Source: Ptychomitrium polyphyllum (lineage: Eukaryota). Taken from it: 64,000 nt of DNA. The position numbers were made by a program, and so were the translations under genes. Positions 36,043 to 50,700 of this stretch are shown piece by piece. The notes beneath the pieces are model-generated. The model searched no databases and was not told the origin of the DNA. It was given only the letters and a program-made list of their open reading frames with translations. The DNA lies in assembly GCA_973851085.1 (NCBI GenBank), contig OZ316776.1:9734001-9798000 (forward strand), read 5' to 3'. Within the stretch, counting starts at the first letter, position 1. Every line of letters begins with the position of its first letter.

Positions 36043-39000
36043 ATGGCGCACGCGGTGATTGAGAGTTGGAAGGGAGCGGGGGCAGTGTGTGGGGACTCGT
36101 GGGAGTCGCCCGCAGTGTCCGAGATGACGAGCGTGGAGGAGTCGGACGCGACGTCAGCGGAGGAAGGCGGGGAGGAGGAGGAGAGCCGCGCGATGGGCGC
36201 GCCCTCGACCGTGGTTCGGCGTAGCGGCGTCTTCTTTAAGTCCGTGGACAGCCGGGATCTCCTGCACGACATGGCGGTGAGTGCCACGGAGGAGGAGGTT
36301 GCCACGACTCATGTTGAGGTGACGCGGAATCGTACCCTGCGCGGCTCCTCGCTTGCGCATCGCAGGAACAAGGAGAGCCCCCTCAGCTCCGACGCAATCT
36401 TTCATCAGGTGGGCGAGTGCGCTCAACCATATTCAGAATGTCTTGTCCTCTTAGTTGTTTTGGTTTCTGGGTATGGAGTTTTGTGGTTAATGATTCGGGT
36501 CATGATTTTGAACCCTTCCTTTAAGGTTCTCCACATCCGGCTGACAACTGAACATTGAGACAATCATTTCTGACGTTGGACTTTAATGAAGGATCAAAGT
36601 CAGAATCGTCTGCACCCGTACTGTTCCTGTGTTCTTTCTTTAAAGCTTATAAGCTACCAAGCGTAAGTGGCAAGCGGATGCATGTAACTTTGGGGAGTTC
36701 ACATCTACTCTCGGAATAGTATCGGTTTGCAATTTCAATCCCTTAGTTCAGCCAATGCTGGTTAAACATAAGTTTTCAAGAAGTTAACCGTGGTCATAGG
36801 TTCATATTTCATTGTCTTGAAAACTGTGTAAGTGTGTAGGTGTGTGTTATCCAGGTGGGTTAGCAGTGCTTGATATGCATACCTTGGCCTTCATTGCAGA
36901 GTCATGCTGGGCTGTTCAATCTCTGTATTGTGGTTCTGATAGCTGTCAACAGCCGACTTATTATTGAGAACCTGATGAAGGTGAGTGGTCTTTATGTCGC
37001 TTCGGTTTATGATGTTTTGATCGCAATATTGTCTTTCGGAATCTGAAATGACGGTGAATGTTGTAATTGTTTAGATTCTAACTTGAGACTCTGGGTTTTG
37101 GCAGTATGGACTGCTTATTAATTCCGGTTTCTGGATCAGCTCCAAGAGTGCACGCGATTGGCCACTCTTGATGTGCGGGTGGGTCTTACTGAACTTGCCA
37201 TGCACATGCCTCTTTGTTTCACTTTCTTTGTAGGGAATATGAGCGAAGTTAGCCATCAGGGTTTTAGGGATGTCCAACCATAATGGACTGTTTTAATTGC
37301 AGGTTATGTTGATGGTGTTGCTCGTTGGGTTGTGTCTCCAGTTTGAGTTTGCCCATATTCCCTCTTTCGGCACTGTTAGTGGAAAAGTTGAAGGTGCAAA
37401 CAAATGTTTCGGAAGGAGTAAGTATTTCTCTGTTTGCTCGAATATTTTAATACCACAGGGTTTAAGCGCATGTTTGTGATGTCTTCAAAAGCAAATCAAA
37501 TTATCTTGAATGATTGTTTAGTTGGTGGTGGTGTCGAAGCTACTAGCTAATCGTATTTATTTGAAAATTCGGAACTCTTTGGAGACATTTATGAGATATT
37601 CTTGTTACATCCAGATCGTTTTTGTATTACATCTCATCATCAGCACTGCCGGAATTCTATATCCTGGATATGTTATACACAGGTACAATCATTTTTTACC
37701 TCGTGACACAACCACATAAGTCTTGTTAGACATTAGTGAATACATTTGATTTCTGTAACTGCACCAATTGATATGAGATAACTTAGTGGGTCTAAGTTAT
37801 ACAAGTGACATAATCCAAGGAGTTTTCGTAGGTCGCAAATGAAGCAGATTAGTGAACTATAAACCTTTCCCCGCTTCTGTTGCTGAGTTGGTGATTGCTG
37901 AGTTTGTCGGTTCAAAGTTCCTAGTGACACAAGATTTTTGTTGCTTTCTCTTCCTAAAAATATACAGTGGTTGAAAAGTGTGCTTGGATGGTGACAGGGT
38001 GCAATCCGCATTGTTGCCAGGTCTTATATTGATACTCATTGCGCTAACTGGGTGGATGAAGCTTGTGTCTTACGCTCACGCAAACAAGGACGTGCGAGAC
38101 ATTTTGAAAGCCGGGGAGAAGGTATCTAATGTTTATCATAATCTATATATTGGAAGTTGCTCGAATTTCATTGTTATACTTGAATGATTCTGGACAATAT
38201 GCTGGATCTTCTCTGTAGTTGATAATTTTTGTCGCTTTTGTTGCAGCCTGACATACTGCAGCATGTAGAACATGTTGAGTATCCGGATAATCTCACAATC
38301 CAAAACGTTGCTTACTTCATGCTTGCTCCCACTCTGTGCTATCAGGTATTGATTTAGAACTTTACGCAGGCACAAACGTGATCAATTTTAAGAGTTTTAT
38401 CGACACTTTAGGTGCTCTGCTTGGGATATTATTACTAACTATATGGTTTATATCAAGCTTTACATGGAATGTATGTCATTCTAGTTTATGGCACAAGGAT
38501 ATTTTCTGACATGCACTGTTTTATCCATGCACTTGTATTAAGTTTGAAGTCGGTAATTTGTTGTACTTCCAGTTGAGCTACCCCCGTTCTGAAACAGTTC
38601 GAAAAGGCTGGGTACTACGACAAGTCGGGAAGTTGATTGTATTTTTGGGTTTGATAGGGTTTATTATTGAGCAGGTACAGTTCTACTTATCATTTTCCAA
38701 TCCTTCCTACATTCTGGAGTTTGAAATCAGAAGTGAGCTTCCTTCTGCAGTCACTTCCTGTAGATTATTTTCAACTTTGGGTTCAAATAGGAATTTTTCA
38801 ATGCAGAGCCTAATTCCTGGGTGAGTGAAGTCTCCGATGAATTTTAAACTGGAATTGTAGATGTTCTTGTTTTTAGGTTGTTTCATCTTGCGTTGATGCT
38901 ATCTACAAAGTTGAGCGAAAATTACGTTCATCGGAAATTCCTGAGAAAACACTTCTTGTGCAAAATTAATTGTAAATTTCTGTACTTGTTTTCTTGCAGT

Positions 39001-41639
39001 ACATAAACCCCACTGTATCCAAGTCGCAGCACCCACTGAAGGGCAACTATCTCTATGCGGCGGAAAGGATATTGAAACTTTCCATGCCAGTCCTCTATGT
39101 TTGGCTCTGCATTTTCTACTGCTTGTTTCATCTTTGGTATGTCCACGGATATTGTACCTTACTCCCAAAACACCTATATGAAGTAGACCTGGAGGAATTA
39201 TGTGGTGATGAGTTTTTGTGGATGAGTTTCTGTTAAATTTGGCGGATATTTGACCCACCATACTTCTGCGGGCTACAGTGGGTTCCTGCTTTTGAGAGAA
39301 GTTTAACTTGATGTATGTGGCATTTCCCTTTGTCGGGTGTAAAGATGAAGCACTCTTTGAGTGGCTCTTGGTCTGATCGTCGCTGGAGCCTTGACTTGGT
39401 GGGAAATAGGTTGAATATTGTAGCAGAGCTACTTCGCTTTGGAGATAGGGAGTTTTACAAAGACTGGTGGAATGCTAAGACAGTTGAAGAGGTAGAGATT
39501 ACCTTCGCTATCATTCCTTTGAGCTCCTGAATATCTTTTCGTTGACATAGGACATTTCGTTGAATGAATGCTTTGTTGCCATCATTAGAGTTTTGCTTTG
39601 TAATTGAACATTCCTACAACTTGTTCGAAATGATTGTTGCTACAGAAGGCATCTTTTAGATTGTGAATAGCTTGCTGTTTGCAGTTCAAAATTTTGGACA
39701 CTCTGGACCGAAACTTTGAATGCTTCTGTTCCGCATCGCAGATCAGTTAGGTTGAAAAAGAAATCTGCTTCTTTTGATGTTCAAGTCATCTTTCACTGAC
39801 TTTGTGCTGTCGTGGATATCTATGACGCATCTTACTCATTTCAGTATTGGCGAATGTGGAACATGGTATAAGCTTCTCTCTATCTCGGTCCGCTACTATG
39901 TGTCTTATGATAAGAATTGCCTAAATTATCTTCTTGCATTTGACTTTCATGCTGTGTGCGTGTGTGTTTGTTGTCTAGGTTCTTAAAAATGTATGCACCA
40001 TGAACGTCATCTTAACTCACACTCTCATTATGTTGTATTTAGAAACGGAATTGGAGATGTCGTCAAGCTTCTTGTAGTTAGTAATGATCTGGCTAGTCTA
40101 TTTTCACCATGATGTGCTTGCTGGAAAATCTGAATCCTCTGGTAGGTCTTCCATTACCCTACATATGCTTACGAATTTCTTGGGTGCTTTTCAGCCTGTC
40201 CATAAGTGGATGGTTCGCCACGTCTATTTTCCTTCTATACGAGCCGGCTTACCCAAGGTATGCTATCTGATGTTGCTAGTCGACCACATTGCGAGTAAAG
40301 ACAGCCGAGTTAGTCGTTAAGGTTTTCTTGAGCATAATTCAAGTTTCTTGCGCGCTTATTTGAGGTCAAGCAGACTTTTGTCATATGTGTTTTTATCTAA
40401 AACAAACCATAGATGCTCAGTTGCAACCGTTTCTTCTCTGAGGAATAGCTTCGCTCACGCTGCAATTTTGGGGTTTCTGGGGCACTAACAGGCAGCGGCT
40501 GTGTTCCTGGTATTCGTGATTTCTGCTTTGTTTCATGAGGTATTTTCCTTCCTTCATAATGTGCATCTATTTATCACTGAGATTGCCAATCATTAAGCAA
40601 ATTTAATTACGGTAGTTATCTCAATGCTGTGGATTCTGCAACCCGACGGTTGATTCACTTTCATTTTGCGTTTTGGTTGTGATTGCTTAGAAATTACTAT
40701 CCTTCTTTGACTGGGATGATTTAGTTACGTGAAGTGCGTTAGTAGTTATTCAATTAAGCGGGACTTTTCAAGGAGCAAGATGTGACATCCTCTTTGCAAA
40801 CAAAACCCAGTTTTATTTTCTGTATCGTATAGAGAGTTCGAAGTGCACGCTTAAAATTCAGATAAAGCATAGATAATACTTGACTGCATTAGCATCTCAA
40901 CACTGCTTTTGTGTGCTAGGTTGCAATTGGTGTTCCTTGCCACATGCTTCGATGTTGGGCGTTTCTTGGCATCATGATGCAGGTACATCATTTTTTAATC
41001 TTTCTAGACGGAATATGCCGGATTTTACACTTTCCATTTACCTTTCCTAATTCTGAGAAGTCTCATCATTGTACTGAACTTTTCATGCAGGTTCCTTTGG
41101 TATATCTGACAAATTTGATTCAAAAGCGATATCATAATTCTATGGTACGTGCTTGTCATCCTGAGATTTTGTGTAGATTATTCTGTGGAAGGATCACTAA
41201 ATAAACTATTTTGAAACTTACTTCTCAGTTGTTCCTGCTAGGGAACATCTCTATTTATAAACTCTTAGACATTACTTAGGTATAAACATAGTGATCAGGT
41301 ATATGTTTCATTCTATTGTGACCTTCTAACTATAGAGCATATAATGGCCTAAAGCGTCTACTTATAAAGTGCTGAGAGATGCTATGTGTAACTTTTACTT
41401 CTGTTTTCTATTTCGCACTTCTCAATTGTATGAATGTAATGTAAACGTTGAAAAAGTTAATTAAAGTATGAGGCTTAGTTATCCTGGTTGTACTTTGTCA
41501 GTTGTAACAAGAACTATGGGGAAATGGCTGGATGCAGGTTGGAAATATGGTGTTTTGGTTCTTTTTTTGCATCGTGGGGCAACCCATGTGCTTACTCTTG
41601 TACTACCATGACGTAGTCAACAATTTCCCAAGTACGTGA
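36043..41639 (+). CDS. DGAT1: Diacylglycerol O-acyltransferase 1 (MBOAT family); multi-exon; start at ATG 36043 or 36124
   Basis: Motifs: [157 protein letters not shown]. Stop TGA at 41637-41639. Confidence 0.97.
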
Positions 41640-42559
41640 AGAGAGTAGATCACAATTCAGCGCAGTTTGTAACTTCTGTGAATAACATTCCTCGACTGCA
41701 CGACGAAATAATTTTTACTTCTCTAATCTCATGTGGATGTTGATAATGGGTTCACTAGGTAGGTTGGCATACAAAGGAAAGTGCATCATTTGAAAACTAG
41801 GATTAATGTAGTTGCAGCTCAGAAATATTTGGAGAAATCGTCAGAACTTAGATACTGACTAATGTACAGATTTTGATAGAGCATTTGTATGTAGCACTGA
41901 GTAGTTCTTTTAACAGTAGTGTCGCTTTATCTTTGATTACGTCCTCAATCATGTATCTGTAGTTCTGGGCTTGCTCATGTATAGAAGTCCCCTTCTTTAA
42001 CCGGAAAACATTGCTAAATTGTAGCTTAAGTTGTAAAGGGTGCTTGCTCTGGAGCCAATATTTTTACAAATTACCATGGACCATTTTCTCTGCACATCTG
42101 AAAATCATTTGAGCCATGGTCTGAGCATGTTTTAAGCCATGTGCTTACTTTGCTTATCAGGATCCCAAGAAGAACTTTCCCTCTTTAGAATGTAATATAT
42201 CAACTGACCTTCCAGCATTTCACATAATAAACAAGTCGTTACGGCTAGTTATTAAATTGTATAAGGACAGAGTAGTAGCTTCTTGATTTTGAAGCAAATT
42301 ACTTGAAAATGTGCTCATTATTGAACCTCAGATGTATTGTGAGATTGACAATGTGCATTCATGCATTCTGGGGAAAAGAAAGCCAATTGAAAACTCAAAT
42401 CTTACATCATTCAAATCAAAAAATAATACAGCATTCCAAACATATCCATGGCATATGTTGTATTGGCCATCCCCTGCTTCAAACTGACACTGCATACCAT
42501 TCTTGAGTGACTTCTCTAAAGATCCCATCTTATAAGGATAATCCCAGCAATTCTTAGTC

Positions 42560-45450
42560 AATATTCTTAGTCACAAAAATAAACTCATGCTTGCATATGT
42601 TTGTTAGCACATGTTTTCATTATCATTTGTTAATGACTTTCCGCTTTCCAAGGTCAGAACAAAAGTGACAATATTATGAATAGGACTAGATTACAAAGGT
42701 AATAACGCCATGAAATAGAGCTCAAAAAGTACATCATCTTTGGTGGTGTTGCCCATTCATCTGCTTCATACATTTTGAAAATTTCATATGGAACAAAGTT
42801 TATTTTTAAAACATCTTGCTCTTCTAAGTCAAATTTTCAAGAACTAGCTCCTTTAAAGATAGGTGATGGACCATTTATATTCAAATGTAAATGCATAAAT
42901 GTGTGTAGACATCCATTAGCTTTGTATGTTGCACTTAATGTGATTTTAGTAGTGATACATCTACACCAAAGCCATGGCTTTATGGTGACAGTACATGGTT
43001 GCAATCCAATTGTGGTATGTTTTTTTTGGATGGAAGTCTTTATTTTCATCTTTTTGGAACATTATATTCATTGCAACCAAATCGAATGGGTGAAATTAGA
43101 TAGATAAATATGCATGCTACATCCAAATCAACTCAAACTATTGATGAACTATTTACCTAAATCATATAAAATGATCAACATTGTAGGATTAATATACAAT
43201 AATAAATATTATATTTTAAAGCCTTCTAAATAGGACGCTTTAACTTTATATACACATTTGACTTCAAGTGAACATTCACTAATTCCCATTGGCATTAAAA
43301 AAATACTTCTTAAAATATGATCAAGCTAAAGGTGCTTCACACTTATATTCTTTGTTACAATGATATAAGGATCTAAAGTTCTTGCCTATATGATAATGAT
43401 AGACCTTTGACTAGAAATGATTTGCATTTCATTAAGATTTATCAACAATGAACTTCATAATCTATAGTGTTGAATATTAAAAAGCCACAGCATTCATTGT
43501 ACAATTGGTTTCTACTCTCGATTGTACTTTTTCATTTTCAAATTGGCCTCAATTTCAAAAAGTTGAAGCCTTGCTTGAAGATTCTGTTCAAGGTGAATTG
43601 TTATGAATAATAGCTATAGATCATAATTTGTGCTTATTGCAAATTTACATCCAATTTATGTAGGTGGTTGTTTTCAAAGCACCAACTTTTTTATAACTGC
43701 ATCATAGACTTTTAGTGTTCTACTTTTGAAATATCATCCATGTATTATACAAATAAAAATAGGAAATCAGTATAATATCACATAGTATTTCTTAAGTATT
43801 AGTTATATAGCATAAAAATATCACCTAATTTATGAAATGAAGCCTTTATATAAATAGAGTTATTCTTGGAATGCAAATTCATTAAAGTTGAATTTTTATA
43901 AATAAAAAACCTTGTGGAAATTTGTTAGTAATATAGCATTCATGTTTTTAATGATAGAAAATTTTATATGTAGAAAAAAAGAATGATTTTAAATATACTT
44001 ACTTTCATTATAAATAAGTTCAATTTTCTCAATGGATCAATATTTTGTCAATCAAGTACATTGTAGTCAATAACATTCTAAACTTTATTCATATTTGACA
44101 ATAATCAATTAAAAAATTAGTTGTTGAAAATTTAGAAATTTGGAAGAAATTCAGAGGCATTAAACATTTTACAAATGACTTGAATTGTGGTTTTTCTAGC
44201 TCAATTGATTTGCAATTTCTTTAAAATCAATCTATTGAATATATTTAGAACTTTTTAAAAAAAAAAAATTTGCATGTTACGGAATTGTGTAAGTATGGCA
44301 AACAAAACATGGTGATTCATTTGTTTAATTTATATTTTATAATAATTTTCTTTTATTTGATATAAACTTTCAAATAAATGAAATCATATTTCAGTTTATT
44401 TTAACAAATTCATATTAAATATACATAGTTCTAAAGTAATATGATTTCAAAAAAATCGTATAATCATTAGAATTCACAAATTCACATAATAATTCAAAAT
44501 CTTAATTAATATAACTTCTAAAGTATTTCAAAGTATATAGGTTTCTTGGTTAAATTTATCCACATTCTTAAATTAACTATTGTTTATCTAATTTTCTCCA
44601 AATAATAAAAATTAAACTATATAAAATAAAAAAGTGTAGAAAATTCATTTGCAATTTATTGCTACAATAGTGATTTTTAAAAACTACTTCAAATTATTTA
44701 AAATTTTAAAAAAAAAACTCATATTTTGCCATAATAAATTAATTTCATTCAGAATTTTATATTCTATATTTTGGATGTAATAAAAATTATTTATTTTGAT
44801 AATGATGATTATTCACCAAAAATATTTATTTTTTAACATTTATAATTTATAAAATAATTTTTTATTTTTATAAATTAATTAAATGTTCAAATAAATGTAG
44901 AATGTGAGACTTTTCTATGAATGATGCAATAATAAAAGTATAATGATTTGCTATTATTTATTTGAAATTTTTTTAATAAAATATTTCAAAACAAAAACAA
45001 TTGCCTACAACATCCATCTATTGTTTACAATATAAATGAGTTCCTTTCTGCTATCAATTATAAGCAATATTTTAAAAAAAATTGAAACATATTAACCAAT
45101 TGTTCATTTTACATTGGCCAATGCCTTCCAATATATAATGTTTGACTTAATGATACTCTACAATCTAATTTTATCGAATGCAACCTCCAATTGTCATAGA
45201 TATACTTATTAAAAGCTTTTAAAAGAACTGAAGAGATCCAAAGAAGTCTAAGAAGTTTTTAAAGAAGTTATTTTGGTCTTATATTGTTCCAAACAAATCA
45301 AAGAAGTTTCCAATGAAGCAACCTAAAGGTTATTTGAATACAAAACATTATATTAATAGCTTTTTAATAAGCTTCTAAAGGGTATTATATCTGATGTATA
45401 TAGGTGTTGAAGAAAAAGAATCTTTAATTTCAATAATGCATCTTTTTTTG
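42560..45450. mobile_element. Degenerate transposon-derived, very AT-rich region (unclassified)
   Basis: Decayed coding-like sequence at 42.6-43.7 kb, followed by very AT-rich DNA and an LTR-like fragment near 45.2-45.35 kb. No family can be assigned by eye. Confidence 0.3.
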
Positions 45451-45489
45451 TTTTATACCTTCTTATAAATATTAATTATTAAAATAAAG

Positions 45490-45934
45490 AATTAGAAACA
45501 CAAGAAATAAGAAGCTATGATAAAGTGGTTCCTAAAAATTAGTTTCCAAAAAGCTATCTATTAACAAGAATTAATACAAAGACTAGAACAAAAGCATGAT
45601 ACAATATGATCCACAATTTGTGTTGGACAAACTAAAGTATACCTTGTCTTACTTCTTATTTATACTATGATGCTTGTATCTCATAGAATACTTCTAAAAA
45701 AGCTTCCTACAAAGTTTAAGAATGTTTTAGAAGTCTATGAAACCTTCCCAAGAATTTTTTCAAAGGATTGGAACCTTCCAAAGAAATATTCCAAGAAAAT
45801 AGGACTTTCCTAGGAGATTTCCAAAAAAATGGAACGACTATGGAGACATTTAAGTATTCTTAGAAGCTACTATAATATACCAGAAGGTTTTAGAAGATTT
45901 TAAAAACTATGTTGCATAATTCATATCCATGACA
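45490..45934 (-). repeat. 3' LTR of the gypsy element
   Basis: Shares blocks with 52464-52913 (aaacacaagaaa, aatatgatccacaa, tataccttgtctt, ttatttatactatgatgcttgtat). Starts TGTCA on the minus strand right after the PPT. Confidence 0.85.
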
Positions 45935-46628
45935 TCACTTCTCCTTTTAGCGACGAGTCTTATGAAGAGCTTTTCTTCTACCTTGCTTCTTACATTTCTA
46001 CAAATTCCAAAATTTGTCAAAAAAGAGAAGTAACATATTCTGCTTGTTGTTCTTTGCCTACTAGTTCAATTGGGCCTTGCAAGAAGTGGCAATGACTACC
46101 AACCAAAACTTTTGTTGTTGAAATGTCCAAGCCCAAAATTTGATCTTGATTAGGTCCTTCAAAATATTTCCTAAATATAATCTTTGATCCTCCAAGAGTG
46201 ACTCTATCAACTTCTAATAAGATAATTAGTACTTGAAAATCTAAATCAAGGTTAAATTATGAAAGACAATTAGCCAATAGTTTTGTACGAAATTACACTT
46301 GACATTGCAATGTAAAAGTTGAGTTGGTACAACATGTGTTGTTGTTGAAAAAAGCAAGGCCAACTGCTCTTCCCAAATATCCATGATAACATAAAAATTT
46401 GACATACTAGCTAGGATCTAAAGATGACCTACTTTAGAATAATTGTTGCATACAATTGAAGGTTGGATATTGGTCCTTTTTTTTTATATTAGTCTTTGGC
46501 AAAATCTTCTCCAAAAAATTAATAGCTATTGAATTATTATAACGCGTCATTATTGAAAATATCTTTAATAACATTTGCATATTTAATTAAATATATTTGT
46601 CACATTCATCAAAGATTTCTATATTTGG

Positions 46629-47793
46629 TGTCGCGCACTTTTACTTAAGGAGTGTCCGTAATACTAAAGGCACAAGGGGGACTTTGGAGTGACATCTAGG
46701 ACTTGTGGCGCCAATGGTGAGGTAATCCACATGGACCTACTACGGGAAAGAACCTCAAGTGGCAGATACACCCTTGCCCACAAAGACTAAGAATTATGAG
46801 AGACAATTCATAGGCATTAGATGTCTGATAAGGAATTGATTTTAAAATGCTAAGAATTGCTCAAATTAAATAAGGTAGCTAGAAGATATGGAACCTCAAA
46901 GCTGGAACTGCTTAGATACTATTTTAAATTGTGGTTGTCCTGAATTGTGACTATACTAGATTGGGACAGTGCAATGAGGGACTTTTCATGACTCCTGGAC
47001 CTTAACAGAAGCATATTTTCATAAACAATAACTCAAATTAGATGTTTGAGGAATCTATTATCATTTGCGCAAAGAGTAGATGATAATAAAGTGGTTGCTT
47101 GATAGAATCAAAGACCAAACATGGAAGATATTGGATCCTAAAAGTACGTAGGAAGTTTTGACGGCTCCTAGTGGTTGAGTCTCAAGAAGAATTGGGTGGT
47201 CTTCCAAAATTTCGGATGTCTTGGGACCCAGCCAGCTACAAAAGGCCAAAGGAGTAACCGAATCCCACAAAGAATACTATAGGGAGGACTGGTCTCCTTT
47301 CCCACTCCCATAATGTCCTGGCAGTAACCAAGGGGGAGTCCTGGTGGGTAGAGTTAGTGTTGGGGTTTCACCACAAGGACTCCGACACCTTTGTAAGCCG
47401 GTGGGTGGCCACTTTCACAAAAGGAACAAGTGAATTCTCAAATGTACGTGAACTGTCACTATTATGGAATGGTGTTTTTAAACCGCCAACATGGTAGTTC
47501 AGAGTGACCTTAGAATCATATGGAAATCATGAGTGGTGGTGGAGAGACACCATTAAGTGCATTTAGGCTGTGTAAAATGGAAGTAACACCAAGTGAGGCC
47601 TTAGACATGAATGAAAGTTTGCACCTAACCTTTAGCTACCGCTAAATTGGATGTTCCAAGGAAATGAGTAGGAAGAATTGGAATCCAAGCCTTGGGCTTA
47701 GAGAGTGGAAATGGAAGCTAACCATGTGCATGTAAAGGTGTACAGGATTGGCATATGTGACGCTTGTTAAGGTTCACTGTTAAGGTCACAACA
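46629..47793. mobile_element. Nested solo LTR (~1.17 kb) of a different family inserted in the host element's chromodomain region
   Basis: Starts TGTCGCGCAC and ends GGTCACAACA (TG..CA, imperfect inverted ends). Flanks TTTGG/TTTTG match at 4 of 5 positions. It is more GC-rich than the host and has no homology to the host LTRs. Confidence 0.75.
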
Positions 47794-50700
47794 TTTTGTC
47801 AAAGATGTCATATCCTTATTAATGTATAAGGTACTCAACATCTCTATTCTAAATGCATCAATCTAAAATCTCTTCAAGTTCATACTCCATTTCATTATTA
47901 ATTTCTACAGGTGGAAGCAAGAAAACAACCTTCTCTGTTATATATGATTTATTGTAAGTTTCCAACAATGACACAAAAAACATTAAATGAATGTGCATGG
48001 TTGGTGGTAGTTTGAATCAATAACTAACCAGATTTATCTCTTTTCTTACTTCAAATAGTCCCAGCCTTTGATAGTCCAGCTTCTTAAACGATCTTTTTGT
48101 TTATATGTTTTGTTGTAAGAGCCATATACTATCTCCAACCTTGAACTTTACATAGTCCTTTCAATGTCAATCTGCATAAGTTTTATACCAATTTTGAGCT
48201 TGTTATAATTACAAACCAAATTCTTGGCAGATTTTACCAAGTTGAGTTGCAAAATTCTCTATTGCAAGACTTTCAACATGCTTGACTTGAAATGGATTTG
48301 CTTAAGGATGATGACTATAGTTTGCAAAGAATGGAGTTTAAATTGTTGAAGAATGCATTATATTGTTGTATGCAAATTCTACCAAAAACAAGAGTTTCAT
48401 CTAGTTGTGTTTTTAGAATTCATGCTGCAATAAAAATATTGCTTCAAAATTTGATTCACATATTTGGTTTGACCATCAGTTTGCGGACGGTGTATTGAAG
48501 AAAGGTTGATTTTTACGTGCAACAGCTGGAATAGAGCCTGCCAAAAGTTGGAAATGAATTGCGGCCCTTAATTAATTACTATATCATTTATTAGTCAATA
48601 TATATGATAGACATGATTTAGGAACAACTTAACAATTTCTTCTTCCATTACCATCTTATTGCATGGAATGAAATGTGCCATCTTGATAAATCAATCTATC
48701 ATTATTAAAATAGAATCTTTATAATTAGAGTTTAGAAGGTCTGTGTTAAAATCCATTAATAATGATAACCATGGATTTTTTGGCATCAAAAGCAGTTGAA
48801 AGAGACTATGAAATGTGTGTCTTGGTACCTTGGCTCTTATGCAAGTGTTGCGTGATCAAACAAAATCCTTCACGTATTTCCACATTTGAGGTCACTAATA
48901 GTCTCTAGCAATCTACTCCATTATTTTATTGAATCTGAAATGTCTTGCTCCTGAAAAATCATGACGTGCTTGAAGGATCTTCAATCGCATAGAATCTGGA
49001 AGTAGGTACAAAAGTCCTTTATATTAAAGTAGGCCCTCTTGGAATTCAAAGTTTTCATTGCTATTTGAGGGATCTCCATTTTCTTTGAAACGCTTACTTA
49101 TATCTAAAATAAAAATATATTTCTTCAAAGTCCTCCAAATTTTGTCAAAATGGGAAATTATTGTAATAATTGCTACTTTCAATTGAAGATTCAATAGCTT
49201 TAATAAAACAATCATTTGTTGATTCAAAACATCATCTCTAAGTTGAGGAGCTAAATAAGATCTTTGAAATAAAGCATCTAGCCCACCTAGTTGGCTACTA
49301 TGTTGGTAGATGTTGATAAAATCAAATTTAGAAAGCGACATATTCCATCTTGTTTGACGGCAATTTAAAACGCGGCACGCATGAAATACTCCAAATTCTT
49401 GTAGTCTCTGTATATTGTGATGATATGTTGAGCTCCTTCCAATAAATGCCGCCAATCTTCAAATGCATCTATAATTACAAATAATTCCTTATTATATATA
49501 TCATAGTTGATTTTTGCCACAGAGAACTTCTTTAATCAAAATGCAGTAGGGTGGAATCTCCTGTCTTCATCATATTGTGAGAAAACTGAACCAAGCACAA
49601 AGTTTGAAGCATCCACTTCCAAATAAAAAGATTTTAATGGATCTAAATGAATAAGGATTGGAGCCAATGTGAATGACTTTTTAAAACTTTGAAATGTTCT
49701 TTTTACTTCATATTACAAATGAATTTTTGCTTCTTTGTAAATTGTATCAATGGTGCTACAATTTTGAAATAGTATTTGATGAATATCCTATAGAAGTTTG
49801 CAAATTCTAAAAAGCATTGTACATATTAAATTGACCTTAGCATATCCATTTTAAAATAGTGCTTATTTTCTTCTCATCCATGTGGATTCCTGCTTTGGAA
49901 ATGATGTAGCCTAAAAATTCAATCGAGGATTCATGGAAAATGCAATTCTCCAATTTTGCATATAATCTCTGCTGGCATAGTTTTTCTAAAACCAGTTGCA
50001 TATGACATTTGTGGTCTTGTTCATCCTTTGAATATATTAAAATGTCATCCAAGTACATGATTACAAAATTGTCCAAATGCTCATAGAAAATATCATTCAT
50101 CACATATTGGAAGATTGCAGGGCTATTTGTAAGGCCAAAAGATATGACATTGTACTCAAAATGGCCATAACTAGATCAAAAAGTTGTCTTTCATTCGTCT
50201 CCTTCTTTAATGCATACAAGATTGTAGGTTCTCCTAAGATCAGTCTAACTGAATATCCTTGCTTTGCCAAATTGTTGTAAAAGCCTTGAGATTAATGGTA
50301 ATAGATCACAATTTTTTTTTGTTACTTTATTGAGGCCTTGATAATCCACGCACATATGTAATGATCCATCTTTTTCTTTACAAATAGAATGGCTGCTCTA
50401 GCAAGTGATTTAAAGTATTGAATGAAGCCCTGTCCAAGATTTTCATCAATATATTATTTCAAAGTAGTCAATTCAATTTGTGATAGGTTATAGATAGGTC
50501 CAAAAGATGGTTGGGCTCCTTTTTACAACTTAATCGTACAATTGTAAGGCCGAGGCTTTGCTAATACGTCCGAATTCTTCTTCTCAAAAATATCTTTATA
50601 ATCTTGGTATTGATAAGATATGTCCTAAGTAGGCTCTATCATAGAGTTGGACATTGGCTTGACATAAATGGCATAGATTAATTTATGTTTTTCTGCTCTC

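Noticed and set aside
42837..43049. HLH-containing ORF as a HUH (Helitron/Replitron) endonuclease
   Set aside because: The surrounding HUH and catalytic Tyr motifs are not recognisable, so the match is too weak.
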